NCBI GenBank assembly: GCA_002633005.1
Contig: NMRA01000200.1
Location: forward strand, 530,527-594,526
Source of the DNA: Phoronis australis
Lineage: Eukaryota > Animalia > Phoronida
DNA: 64,000 bases
Direction: 5' to 3'
Each line of letters starts with the position of its first letter. Position 1 is the first letter of the stretch. Under the pieces are notes generated by a model that had not been told where the DNA came from, made no database searches, and saw only the letters and a list, made by a program, of their open reading frames with translations. Of the stretch, positions 21,686-35,929 are shown one piece after another. Position numbers and translations under genes: made by a program.

Positions 21686-24600
21686 ATTTGTATCCTCTCT
21701 TCTCAAGGGCTCCAAAAAATGGAATTATTTCCTTCTCTTTTCCTAATTATACCACTTTTTGGCCTTAATAGAATAAAAAACAGACAATTGCCAAACAAAT
21801 GAAAAGTTTCATATTAATTCGACGTTTCGTCTATTCATTTGACATAATCAGGTTACAAACAATCGGACATCAAGTGTCGACCATAGACATCTCAAAGCTG
21901 TGATGTCTATGGTGTCGACATACGAGTTAGGTTACACCCATGATGTGAAATGAGTGCAACAACAATGACAGGAAATAGTAAGAGGTCACACATCACCATA
22001 GCTGTAGGGTCACTGAGCTCTGCATAACCAGCAGCATGCCGGTCCTGAATGGCCAGTGGCTCTTTAATGTAAAATAATCCCTTTATAGGTTATTTACAGA
22101 TTACACTGACTGAACCAAGCAAATTCAGTGAACTATTCAAAAGGGGAAGTAGGCGAAATTTCAAAATGGTCGAAAAACCACAAAATATGTTCGTGCAAAT
22201 TAAAGGAGCATCGAGGCATGCAACCGAAGCAACCAAAAAATGTTGGTTCGTATTGAAAGAAAAAAAAAAATAATTATATAACATTGTCCGCCATAAAATT
22301 AATGAAAGTTTGAAAAACTTAGAGAACACTATTCGTAAATTACACATCGATAACATTCCCGATGGTAACGATACAAAATATCGGTGCCTACTCCATAAAG
22401 AAGTCGAAGAATAGTATTTCTGGTGCAGATCATTATTTAGGAAAGCATTGTTGATGAAGAGAGATATTGTTTGTTGGAAACTCGCACATATCGATCAGAC
22501 TGTCGAGGGTGTGATGGCCGTCGTGTACAATTTAGATCTACAAGTCTAAGAAATTAAAATGTCCTAAGTACATGTACATGTCTACTGGAGGTCGTAAACA
22601 AAAATTTCTGCCATTTAGGTGGTGCAAGTTTGTCTCATAAATCGTGACAGATTACCATTGGAACGAGCCAGAATCAGATCAACACGTATAATTCTGAAAA
22701 TTTCTTGGACGCCCTCAAACCCATGCTCTCCAGTTTGCCAGCATGCATTCGGAAACCGCCTAGAAATTCTATACGATGGATCGCAGAAAATAATAGTCTC
22801 GAAACTTAACTACCTTACGTTACCTCAAAAGACGCGCGTGTCTCGCGAGATTCTTGCAGCCTACGGACGGTATCCCACAGCAACAGCGAACGTAATTCTT
22901 TAATTTTCAGTCAGTGGGTCCTTAGTTGATTAAAAAGGCTCCTTGAGAACTTTCAACAGACAATTTTTTGACATTTTTGTGAAAAATGACAATGTTGAAA
23001 TGTAGAGTTAGTGAACATTGTGTTAGTATTGATAAAAACATAAACTCGAGCATTTGCAGTAAATTTAAGCTTTTTAAAAATCATCATACAAAATTACTTC
23101 TAATAACAAATATCTAGACCGTTTTACTGTTTATACTAAAAAGTGATAGAATTAAGGTTTCATTCTGTTTCAACTGAACGAATAGGAGAAGGGTGCTGAT
23201 ATTTTGTTTAAAGAGGTATAAAATTAGGAATTGCGAGGCGGTTGGAAATAGTATAGGACAAAAGTGGACGTCAATTCCGGCTCAGTTTTTGTCGACTTTA
23301 ATTTAAATAGATGCTCACCGCATATCGCTATCAAAACACACCAAAGGACGACAGGTGCCAATTAAACCGTGACAGAGAAGTACAACTTCGTCAAACTATG
23401 GGTCACTCATCTTCCTACAACCCTTCTCCACATTAAAGTATAAAGTAATATACGGTCATCTTTCAATAGCACTTTTGCAACAATTTGGGTGCGCCCCATG
23501 AACATACAACATGGAGCTCAAAGTTGTGTTATGCTATCGTAACTTGAGACACCCAAAAGGGCAAAAATTGAACCATTGATCAGCATTTACCAAACTTTTA
23601 GAATTGCAATTTGGACCCATAAATTGCTCAGTTTTGATCAATTGCAACTTTCCAATATTTTGATAGTACACTAAGATAAAATGAAACATATTGATTGACA
23701 CACCAGGAAATTTGATTTTGTAACATGAGCCAACCAAACCTAGAGAGGAATTTCACGCTCACCATGAACAGAAAACTTGATAAAGTTGAGATCTGTCTGC
23801 GCGAGATCAACTGAAGTAACCAAGACAACTACGTCCACTGGCTTGGTTTTCAACTTCGCGTCCCCGGCATATTTAGCTGTTACGTTGAGCAGACGTTGCA
23901 ATTTACCATTTATGTTCTCAAAAACAGAAATGCCAAATGCAGAGGTTCATAGTTCATCGATCGGACAGTACTTTATGCCATTCAGCATTTAATTTGTTTT
24001 GATATCCCTGAGACCGAAAAAAACGCTGATTGTCGTGGGGTACCTGATTGCAGACGGGTAGGACCCTATATATGCTCAGAAACGCCGGCTGTTCAGGTTC
24101 ACGTGGAACTTTCAGATATGGCTTCGCTTTAAGTTACGCCCTAAGGAAATGTTCACAATATTCCACATTTTCATGAGGCCGGGGCTATCAACTATAGGAC
24201 TATTATGGTTTTCATAAAAAATCTTAAGAGTTGCACAAAACTAAAATGAAATGATATTTTAGAAAATTGCAACAGCATTTTTGACATCTCACGTTGATCA
24301 TTTGTATCAATTTGACCGTGTTATTGATACCGTTGTTTTGCCATCAATGTATTTTTCTATTTTTGCTAAATTTTAAAAAAGACACTATCACTTGACTCAA
24401 TTGATATCAGATAGGTAAAGTAAAAAGTCCAAAACCAAATTCTATAGCAGGCCCGCAAGAAGGAAAAAATTATTGGGGGGAACACAAACCAATTTGACTT
24501 GGCCAACCTACCCCCTTGCTATCGTCACGCCCCCCCCCCCGTTCTCTGGATGTCACCATATTTGTACCGAACCCCATCCCCCACGTCCGCCATGGGTGGG

Positions 24601-25076
24601 GGTAATACCGGGGATCCAGCCATCAGGATTTGAGTAACCGTGAACTTACAAACCAACAAAGATTCACGGAGAGTAAGAATGCGTCTCGGCCCCGAGCGCA
24701 CTGATGGGTAGCTGGGAGCTGCCTGAAGTAAATGATAGCTGGGTCGAAGGTCAAGGCTCCCTTTATTATGGTCCATTTTTGGGAAAACTTGATTTTATTA
24801 TTAGGATTTTTTGAAGTAATTTTTGGAAACGCGAGGTCCCGAGGTGCCTGGTATGAGTACCTTTGTGGCCGTTTCAGAATCCCTTGATGAAACACAGGCG
24901 GTAGTCCAGTTTCTGGTTGCTGGGGAAAATGATATAGATTGTGTCCCAAAAATGTACACACTTCAATGTCTGGGGTTCAAATTCAGTTCCCGTGGGTAAC
25001 TGAGATTCTAAGCAGGCCTACTGCATGGTTACACCTTATTTTTAACGTGGGTGTGCCTGTCATGACGTGGTCCGTG

Positions 25077-25301
25077 CATGCGCACACCTGGGGGGGGGGG
25101 CTCGGGGGGCTCCATAGCAAAGTGGGCAAAAAGATCCGCCTCAGAGAAACAAAAAATCTGAGAAAAACGAGACAAAAGTCCACTAAAAAGGCAGGATACG
25201 GCGTATGCACAATTCGTAGCGTGATTCGTTTTTTTTCTTTAGTAAATGGTCCTTATCCTCAAAAATTCGAGCCCCCCTATATTTTAGGCTGGATGCGCGA
25301 A
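25077..25301. mobile_element. Small MITE, copy 2
   Basis: Homologous to 17606-17858. Confidence 0.65.
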
Positions 25302-26257
25302 CACCGTTTGTGTAGTATGCACGGGAAATGCAAGCAAACGATTCAGTTTTGAAGAACATAAATTCATTGCGCAATACTACTGGAAACCAAAAACACCAAG
25401 GAAGTTCAAAGACAATCTTTCAAAGTTGACCAATAAGTTTGATTTTATTTATTTAAGTACCTTAACTTCGTTTTTGATCTACGGTTCGTAAACTTAAGCC
25501 CAGTAATCTAGTTCCTAAGCCAATAAACAGTTTATTGTCATTTGAATTGTGAGAACATTTTAGGACACATTTTTGAGCTGTCCGAAATTCACCAATTTCC
25601 TTGGGACTTATTTCAAATAGACAGAAATCGTTTAGTGTACTTTGTATTTGGGGATCTGATGATAGATCGAATTTTCCCAATGTCGGCCTGCAATTAAATT
25701 CATTGAAGTATTGTCATTTCTTACAAGATTAGTTTCTAATTGTCAAAAAAAATCATCTCTCAATCAGTCCACTTTCGCAGATACGTAAACATGTAAATCA
25801 GAAACCAACAATCAAATCCATGAGCAATGCGTTTACCTTGATTTAATGACTTAATTCCTTTTTTAATCCCCTATTACTGACTTTAAACAACAAATCTTGT
25901 ACCGAAGTCAAAGAGCAATGCATTTACTGTCAAGTTGAGATTAAATATCCACGATTCCGTGCAAAAAGCTGTGAAAGTAAATTAATTACAATCATGCAAC
26001 AAGATGTTATTAGAAAAACTTCAGTTTTCATCAAAAATAATTTTGAAGTAAGGAAAAGTTATAATTATTTATGATCACTTTTATCTCGGCCTTCTCTTTC
26101 TGGTCCTCTTGCAATGCGTGTACACTTGTCTTTTCTTTTTTTGTATCAAGTATCTAAAGTGACTTATAAGCCCCGTGGAGGGCTGGGTGTTCCTAGTCTT
26201 TGTAACGTATTCATTGTTTAAATTCATTTGAACACATGGCACAATAATAAAAAAAAA

Positions 26258-26292
<35 letters not shown>
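26258..26292. repeat. (TTAC)n microsatellite after a poly-A run
   Basis: About 8 units; possible retroelement tail. Confidence 0.9.
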
Positions 26293-29200
26293 ATTAGTAT
26301 TGTCATTTAAATTTTGAGTAAATTTTTTTGGTAAGTGTCCAACTTTCATCAATGTTTTTGAGAGTTATTTTAAATAGGCAAAAAGTGTCCAAGTGCACTT
26401 TGCTATTTGGGGATCGGATTATAGTTTTTCCATATTCAGGCTTCAACTAAATTCCCTGAATTCGTCATCATTTCTTAAAAGATTAGCTTCTGATTGCCAA
26501 AAATCACCTATTAACCTGTCGGTTTTCGTAGATACGTAAACATGTAAATCAGAAACCAACGACTTTGTTAATCAAAACGGAATGTTATAAGTAATTTCCG
26601 CATGCATGCCCGCAGACATTTGACGAGTAACCGGGGGAATATGGGAGATTGAGTGAGGTGTATTTTTACTCTTGCCGAGGTATCTATAACGGTTCACGAA
26701 TTTAACTTGACCTAAAAAAGACGCTGACATATTTGTTTAATTTGTTTATTACTGCGAGTATTTGTGTACACTCGTTCGTCATGTACACGGTCACCCCAAT
26801 GGTAGCCTCGACAGCAGTGTTTTCCAAATGTGGGAATTCCTTACAAACAATTCATAGTAACCATCTTCAAAAGAGATTCTATTCTTGTGATGATATGGGA
26901 AACAGAACCGTTATTTTATAACTAACCATAGGAAATAGTCCTTTTATGTAATTAAAAAACAGCAGTCTTCACGTTCTTTAAAATTCCTGACTCCCTTTTG
27001 ATGGCGGTTATTTTTTCACATTTTTTGGTTGTTTGGGTTGAATGTTTTGTGTTTTTTGATGAATTTCGAATCACAACGTCCCTCGTGAATACTTGGCAGT
27101 GTCGGATTTACACGTAAAGAGGGACAAAGGGACATTTCTCCGAACTACTCCACCGAGAGAGGGTCCCGTTTGAAATGGGACACATTAATAATGAAAAGTT
27201 AAACATCATTAAGTTTGGAAATTAAAGAGTAACAGTTCATTTCACAGTCGTGTGGTTAGACGACGGTGCAGGAAGTGATCCTCTTCAACATTAAAGTTGG
27301 TTGCACGATTTCACAAAAAAAACACAGGAATATAGACGTAATCGAGTCCAATATTGGGTCCTCTCTCCGTGAGCTTACCCTTAAGAATTTGTCAATAGAA
27401 ATATAAAAACTGTGGTCACTTGAATGTCATCAATGGCCTCCTTCAGACGTGAGACCCCTCTATGTGAAAATATCTATATTTTCAAAAATCAAGAAATGTG
27501 TAGCAATTGATGATATCGGTCAGGTCATCAATTCGAAAAAAGCGACCGTTGTCTCCGTTATCCCTTGCCAGAAAGGGGCCTCTGGAAAAATATGGTTTTG
27601 CAGTCGCAAAATTGACTTACTGAATTTAAAAATCCAGTAAATTAATACGCTCCGCAAAAGCTTTGCTTTTCAAATTTTGTCGATTTTTCGAAATATATGC
27701 ATGAATCATAATTACGTACACGTTTCCAAGTGCATTTAGACGACCTGTGCTGCGAAAGCGGAGACCCCAACAACAATGTCCTGGCCAGGGTCTGCGAAAG
27801 GTAAACCATGCACTGATACAGAGTTGTAAAATGTTCTTTTGAGTTTTGTCTCTTATTCGCATTTAGCAGTCTTTCTTGACAGTCCCCGCACCACGCGTCG
27901 GCTGCCACGGTTTAACCCTGACGTCTGAAGTTTTGGGGCCCGGGGGGCGTGCTCTCCCGCCCCCCGCTTCCTACGGCCCCGAAATTATACAAGTTTTTGT
28001 AATTCTAGGCTACACTTCACTAATTAAATCATTCAGCTATTTAATATTTTTTCAGACCGCTAAAAACACTGGGAGAAATGGTTTGGCTCATGTTGTGCAC
28101 GGAAAGATATTTTGATTGTCTGCGTCTTCATGATTAGATCATGAGTTAGGCTCAACCTTTTTACCTTGGTTACCAGCAATGGGTTTCTCAGTCTGTGATT
28201 GGCTAAGGCTTTTGTTTACAACGCACTCCATTGCTCAACATACGTGGCAATTTAAACCATATTAAACTTCATTTTTACGGAAAATGTGTCAATTACAACG
28301 TGGGATAATTGAGTAACAAAATGAAAATTAAACTACTCGATGAAAGGTTAAAGTACAAACGTACTAGGTAAAGCTCGGGGCTCATTGACTATTTCTTGTG
28401 GTAGACACTAGGTGTCGCTCCACAAAGGGTTCGAAAGGAAAGTTGACATTTTTCACTCAGTCAGCAATCACGGGATTTATCACTGATAGATATTAAGCTG
28501 CTTCACATTTGGCTCTTCCCAAATCGTGGTGTTGTGTGAACTGGTAAAATGAACACAGTCAGCATGATTTAGTTTTGCAGGTGAGTGTGCTTAGCAGCAA
28601 GGCAATGCTACCGCACAGCCTTAGCCATGGCATAGGGAATCTGCCCGAGTGCCTTGGGCTTGGCAAGCCGTGCGTGGGGCTTCACCTTTGGCATAGCCTA
28701 TGGCAGTGTTGGTCCACCAACGCTGCCCTCCTTATGGCAAGCTTGCCAACCATCAGTTATCACCGGAAGTTAACGGTGACTTGTGAGTGAAAATCTACTG
28801 CAAACCAGAAAGCCTGACAGTTCAGACTTACCTGTTAACCTACATTTTCCCTTTTGATCTGTTGATGTTCTTTGACCCTTTACTAAACTTACTGACCCCT
28901 TTGCACTTCCAGTCAGTTTGTACTTGTAGGCCTGTATGCATCTTACTCAAGCCAAGTCGAACCAGGTCAATTACTAGTAACCAACTTTAAACTTTAAACG
29001 TATCGGATTAATTTTCATTCACTAAATAACATATAAAATTGAGTCATTTTTACATAAATATGATACGATTGCTTGATTTGATTTTTAATTACTTTACAAA
29101 ATAGAATAGTTTTGAAACGCTTGAAAATTGACTGGGTATGAGTTGACTGTTTCCCTGTCCTCTTGCATGTAGGTTAAATTCAATCTTTAACTTGACCACA

Positions 29201-31703
29201 TGGTGAGAATTGTCTGTTTATAGCCGTGCATCCCTGCCATCAGACAGCCCTTTAGTCGGAAGACCCATTACTGTGAATGTTCATTTGTCCAAAAAATTCC
29301 TGTTTCTCTGACGGCCCACTGGTCTGAAGACCCATTCATCTGAAAATTAACTATTCTGCATTTGACCCATTTGTGTAACGGTATTTTTTCGGAAAAATGG
29401 GTCTTTGGACAAATAAACTGTTGAGCCCATGGGATAAAGGTGTACATTTGGTTATTTTGCTCCCCTGAGGGCACTTCGACCAAGTCAAATACTGAAATGG
29501 GTTCACATCAATGGCGGTGAATGGTTACATTATGGTACCAACTTGATACTGTTCTGAATTGTTTGGATACATGTGATAGTTAGATCCCGTGACTGAGAAA
29601 TCATTTATTATAGGTGGTTTAGTTATAATTGACTATTGTGCGACGAATACAAGGGGGTTCAGGTAGGATGGAAAAAACTATGATGTTGATACTGCCAATT
29701 GGGCAGTATTGTCCCTTACTATGATTACATATATTGTTTTTTGTATGAATCGTCAAAAACGTAACCCATGATTTGGTAGAAGATATATATCATATGCTCA
29801 TGACCCCCATTCCCATGACCATCTTGGATTTTATTCATGATGTTACTGTAGATTCCCTATGATTTTGAACGGTGAATAACTTGAGTCTGTCTTCCACCTA
29901 GCTGTATCAGGATTAACTAGCTGTAACATAAGGCAAGTAAGCCTTGGCTGGATTAGAACATACTAAGTTATGAAATAAACATTTCATTTGCACGAAAATT
30001 TGGATTTGGTATTTAATATATTTTGTATAATAATACAATTGATAAAAAATCAAATCCTAAGTTTGCCCATGCATTTTGTGGATGTACTGGGTACATTTTC
30101 ATCAACAAAATTATCGGAATATGTCCCGAAAATATTAGGTGCGTCGCAAGCTCCGTTTCCAGAGATACAAAGGAGACCGTGTATAGGCGTTATAAGGTCA
30201 TTTATTATGACTGATAAGGTACAGAAATATGAGTGTACAAATAACATAAAGATAAAACAATAATCTCTGGAAAGATGGGCAATAAAAAGCGCTAGCACTC
30301 AGGTAAGAGGAACCACCCAAAAGAGAGGGTGGCAGAGGGTGGGAAAAATGAAGAGAGATTAGACTCGAACCTGAGTGCTGCTAAAGCGAAGTACTGATGG
30401 CAGGAAATATAACTTTACTGAGAACAAAGGAGCCCTATGACACGTGACAACCATCAGGCTATGGGAGCCAGGAGTGAGAGTTACTTTTTACAATTGTCTG
30501 AATTTTTTGTTGTAGCATAGATACATTTGTTATTTTTTTACTAATTCAGTTTCTGTGGAAGGGGAAAAGTCCAGAAATGGCCTCAACCTGCCCACACAGA
30601 CAGTTCATAAACAATTATTGTCATAGCTATAAGTGAACTGCAAATGCATTACTGCAATACCATCTATAAGGCGTGAAAAGTCCTGTTAAAAAGATACAAC
30701 TAATTTCTGTGAGTAGAATTAGGATATATACTTGAACTAGCAAACAAAAGTTCTACTTATTCTTAAACTTGGATGTTGCTGTGACAGTAGCATCTACTAC
30801 TGTGACAATAGCATCTAAGGTAAGAGAAACCACTGTCTATCAAAATTCATATTAGTTAGTTATCCAAAAATGCTGGGTGTTGAACTCGTTGACCTGAAGA
30901 TGTGGTCATTGGAGTGCTCAGAGGAGGTAGATAGGTCGCTACCTCAGTTTATTGAGTGCATGAGTATTTCTGCATTCATTGTTGCAGTGGATGTTGTCTC
31001 TGTATTAGATACACTACTGACTTTATGGGCTGGTCTTTCCAAAGGCTATGCGTGGTTCTGAGGTTTGAGTCATATAGGCTCCATCTGTAGTTGCCATCAG
31101 GTGTATCCACTGCCTGGATTGATTGCGGTTTGAGGCTAGTGAATTACATGAGTTTTTGAAGCTAAAATGGGAAATTACAAAGATATGCTACATTTAAGAA
31201 CTACCACGCCCAAGTTTATAAATTAACAATACAAGCATTGGCCATTTAAAAGTGAAAGTTTGGAAAGTAGAGGGTAGGTGTTTAGCCATAGGCGTTTGCT
31301 TAGATGAATTAACAGTAATTGTAATACGTAATTATAATGAAAAGTTGTCAAAACCAAAATGCTCATGAACATAGAATGTTGACCTTGTTGCTGTTTTTTT
31401 AGAGTGTTTAGCGAAGGTAACTTCATGAGTGCTGAGCACAACGGTCCATTGTGTCTTCAGCATATTCCCACTATATTCATTCCATTTCATGCCCTCCAGC
31501 TAAAACTGCACAAGCAGGGAAGAGACCATTAGTGCAGTGCTCAGTTTACTAAGGAAAACAGGATTCAAACTCAGGTCTCACAAGTTAGTCTGCTGTTAAA
31601 ATCACTACACCATATTGTATGTGAATGGGTTTGTTATGTCTGGAGTCTGGTAAGTAGTCTAAACAATTGTTACTCAAAAGTTGCAGGGGACAAGAGTGTC
31701 TTA

Positions 31704-34455
31704 GGGCAATTCCATTTGTGATGGACAATACAATCAGAGAACATTTTGATCAATTGTGAAAAAAATGTTCACCTTAGGAAAAAACTTAATATATCAATTG
31801 ATAGGTCTCACTGATAGCTTTCAAAGCATGTATCAACTTTTCCCCTATCTTTTAATCTGACTGAGAAAATTGTCTTTAAAGGGGTGTGACAGACGTACGC
31901 AGAGAATTTGAATTTTTTATAAAAAAATGTTAACGTTAATGTTCTGTGAGTTGCATCAAGTTACAATTTTATGTTTTACATGATGATTTAGTGGAATGTT
32001 TACAAAGTATAACACACTAATTTTTTATGATATCTGCTAAGAAATTTTTGTCAGAGAGCTCGACATGAGTTGAGTTACTGTGACGGATGTATGTGATGGA
32101 CGTACGCTCTGAATTTTTAGTACTAAATTGTTTGTTGTGACTAAGATATCAATTCAGGATGATTCAAACTTTTGCAGTATTTAAGCTATATTGGTCTTTT
32201 GTTACTAATTTAATGTTTTTTAATTAAAATGTACCGATTGACCTTTTGCACGAAATCATCACAGGTATGGCTACACTAGGAATATAGTCTAGGATTTTAA
32301 CTTTTCAATACATTTGATTAAAGATATAAAATAATCACCTAAAATCTTCACTTCCTTTTGAAGAGGGTAAGCATTATCGGTTGGATTGAGAGTGATAATC
32401 ATTTTGTATTTGACAGCTGTTAGTTATCAGGAAAATCTGTTTTTAAGCGTTAAATAGAACACTAATTTAAAACTAGTAAGTAAATATGACAGTCAAAATA
32501 TAAAATATGACATAGAGTTTGAAACATTACTAATCACTGTCATAAAAATGCATTTTAATTAATTGTTTTTTAAATTAGAACTTGTCCTTAGAGCTTTTAC
32601 AAAATTATTCTCTGGTCCATGCTGTTGATGGTTCTGATGCATGCCCATGTAAGTAATAACTGTGATGTTTTTAAAGTATTAGTAACAGGACTTCAGTGTC
32701 TAATATTAAAACCAAGTGTGAGGCTTGTGGTTTATAGACATCATCGACTTTTGGCATTCATATTTTGATTCAAATCACCCGTGCTGTCTTCCAGTGTGAA
32801 AACAAGACATTTTAAATTAATTGCATTTAGGATTATGATTTAGGAATATGTAGAGCTAACATCTGATGCTGGTTTCTATTTAGTGATTAAAATGATTAGG
32901 TTTTCATCCAGCTCTTTAACTCATGCCTTCTTTTCAAATTTGATAAGAGGCTTTAAATAATGCCACATCACAGTAAGTGAAAGTACAATTATGAATTTCT
33001 TGATCCACGATAGCATTTTTTCGAGTTTCAGAGAATATTCCAGCAGATATTTATTCTTCTCCCGGTTGCGTCTGTTCTTCCTGGGGTCTCCAACAATTTC
33101 CTCTATCCTTTCTAAATGGGGTTTAATCTCCTCGAAGCTCAGCAGAAAAAAATTAGTTGACTAATTCTTAAAAAGATTGAAGGATCAAAAATATGTAAGA
33201 TTAGACAATGTAATAATTTGCCATGAAATGATTTCATACAAGCCACCCAATGACCCAATACACTGAAAAACACAAAAAGAGTGCCTACAGCCAGTGAGGG
33301 TGTGACAAAAATGCTCAATAAAATAGGTGACAGATTCTTACCGCTTGAAATTCCTGGTATCTGGCTTTTTCAACACAAACACAACATAGCAGGTCAAAGC
33401 AGAAATAACATGTGGATTCCAGTGCAATAACAACTTGACATGTGTTCCTTTAAGTCTCTTGTTATTTGCTATACTCTATAGCACCTTAGGATTGAGGATT
33501 TCTTTTGTATGAATATTTTTGCATCTTCAATTTCCCAAAAGCTAAGCATTTCTGTACTTACTCGGGGTACCAACAGAAAAACAATAAGTTCATTAAATTA
33601 ACATTTTGTTTTGTTTACATTTTGTAATGTGGTATAACTGTTTGATTTTAATAAGTTGAATTTTACTAAGAGTAACTAGATGACATTGTAAATTGTAACT
33701 TTTCTGCAAATACTTTTGAAATTGAAAAAATTAATGCATTTAGTTAAAATCTGTAATAACTTCTTCACTTAATTTTAAAGATGCCTTTGTAATATTTTAT
33801 GGTTTTTTAAAACCATAAAAAAAGGTCTTAGGTGTGAGACACATTTTATCATGCAAGTTTAGAAAGGAAAAATATGTCCTAAGGTTATTTTTATTGGCTA
33901 AAAAATTGCAATTTCATGGGTGTGACGGACATACGTGATGGACGTACATATTTGCTGTACGTCTGTCACACAATTTCTGACTTAACAAATAATCCCTGGG
34001 ATCCAAAGTTTTGGTCAATAGTATTGAGTAACAAGTTAAAAGAGAATCTGAAATTATTTTAATTTTGATTAAAAACTTTTAACGTAACTAAACTTTTTAA
34101 CACTTTTGTGATGGACATACAGCACCATGATATCCAGGAGTTGACTTTTGACCCCAAGAGGTCATTGATGTGCCAAAGTTCATGTGATTGCACAAAATTG
34201 ATAATATAGTGAAAACCCCATAATTAGCTTTTTTATGACAATTATTAGCAACACACATGAAAATCGAGCTAATTTTTTAGGGTCAAGTGACCCCCAAAAA
34301 TGGGTCCATTTAAGCAAAAAATTAAAGGTTATAGGACAGTCAAATATGGGTCCTGAAACTAGAGAGAATGGGCTTTCAGATGAGACCAAAAATGTTGGTG
34401 TAGCCACAATTTTAATTTTTTTTTGTCGAGGTTGACATTTTCACGGAATTGCTCC
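31704..34455. mobile_element. Possible degenerate DNA transposon with short GGGCAATTCC-type inverted ends
   Basis: gggcaattcca at 31704 vs cggaattgctcc near 34455; recurring tgtgacggacgtacg-like motif near both ends; very AT-rich interior. Confidence 0.4.
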
Positions 34456-35082
34456 GTAGCAAAGGGGTGATCTCGCTGTAAAAGGCCATCTATGCCCGGT
34501 TGCACAAAAAAGTGCCAAGCAGGATTTCAAAAAAATTCTCTAAACCTACTTCGTATTTGTAAAAACACTGTCCTTTCTAATGCTGTTTTATTTTCATTAT
34601 TAAGTCAATGTTGGCTTTGATGTTGATTTCACGTTATCATTTAAAAGTAGGTGTCTTTTCATGCAACGCCTTTAATTTAAGGACATAGTTCCTATTTATT
34701 TTCATTGAACTAAGGACTCAGATTTTAGTTATATTATTAGAAAATGTGATTAGTCAAAGGGGATCTCATAATTAAGATAAGTGGTAGAAAAAATTACATC
34801 TGTTAAGAATTTCCTGCCATTTTGTTTCTACGTTGGAGTTTACTGTGAAGATATGTTCCACTGTAAATTTTCGTGCTGGTTTCTTAAAATTGTCGTCACC
34901 ACTTCCCATTGACGAGTGTTCTACCACAACCTAGATTGTTAGAGAACTCATACTAATTTGGATTTAGGGTTCGTTTAGTTTGTAGTAGCCTGAAAATGGC
35001 TGTAGTTGGCAACCTATATCACAGACAGTATGACAGAGACATTGTTCATAGGAGTGGTGACGATAAATTTTTTCACGAATAG

Positions 35083-35929
35083 TCAGTGCGTGTATAATGT
35101 TTGATCACTGGTATAGTGAGGCAGAATATGCACAGACAGCTGTTGAGAGGGATGAGGCAGAGATCGGACAGACAGGACAGACGTGATGGAATGTTTTTGG
35201 CGCAAATGCATGGTGTGCGCTGTTATGCTGACCTTAAAGGAATCCCTAAGCTGTTTCCACTGAATGGTGACTTGAACACCCAAACTGCTAAAGTGCTTAC
35301 ATCCCGTGGTGTGCCTCCCTCGCCACACACCTAGTACCTTCTAAAAAACTCCAATACTTTAGTCAAGTCCACAATAAACTTATCAAAGTTTGGCTCACCG
35401 GCCTGTTCACTGGACTACAAACAGTCCTCCTGACTGGGTGTCGAACTGAGCCTGTATTCACTCCCACTACTCAATGGCTCTGCAGGGCTGCTTACAGGCT
35501 GTGGGCTGGAGACAACACCAGCACACGGCAAATCACTACTAGGTCCCAGAAATGCATGCTCTGGGGGTACGTTCGGAGGCACGAGTGACAGCTTTCTTGC
35601 GTCAAAAATGCACTTTTTGGGGGTGGCGACGGAGCATTACCGGGAATCAACGGCAGTATGGCACCCTTCTTTAGGCGTTGTTTTGCAGGAACCTTCATCA
35701 ATTCCGCGTATATATCTCTTTCGTAATCCGACGGAAGAAAATGATTCCCACACGCTCGGTAATTCTCTTTTGCTTTGTATGTTGCGTTGACGGGTAACCC
35801 TGCGTTCTTCACATTAACAAGTCAAGTATGTCGGAATGTGTCATCCTTTGGAAAGTGATGTAATGGCATACCCAAAGTGCGCGCGAGACAATAATGAGTA
35901 CACCCCGGTACGCAGCAACCTTGCAGCAT
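35083..35929 (-). pseudogene. THAP-domain transposase pseudogene (Kolobok-type inferred)
   Basis: From ATG 35929: MLQGCCVPGC...LHHFPKD..R..*L...ACGNHF...RLKKGAI, a THAP C2CH signature with the invariant Trp as TGA (35822-35824); downstream KFIVDLTKVLEFFRRY*VCG. Confidence 0.8.

Noticed and set aside
17500-30300. Numerous 60-137-aa ORFs as protein-coding genes
   Set aside because: They overlap MITE/HINE sequence or lack domains and consistent exon structure; expected by chance.
35822-35824. Stop-codon readthrough or selenocysteine in the THAP ORF
   Set aside because: The TGA sits at the conserved Trp (one substitution from TGG), and further stops and frameshifts follow, indicating decay.
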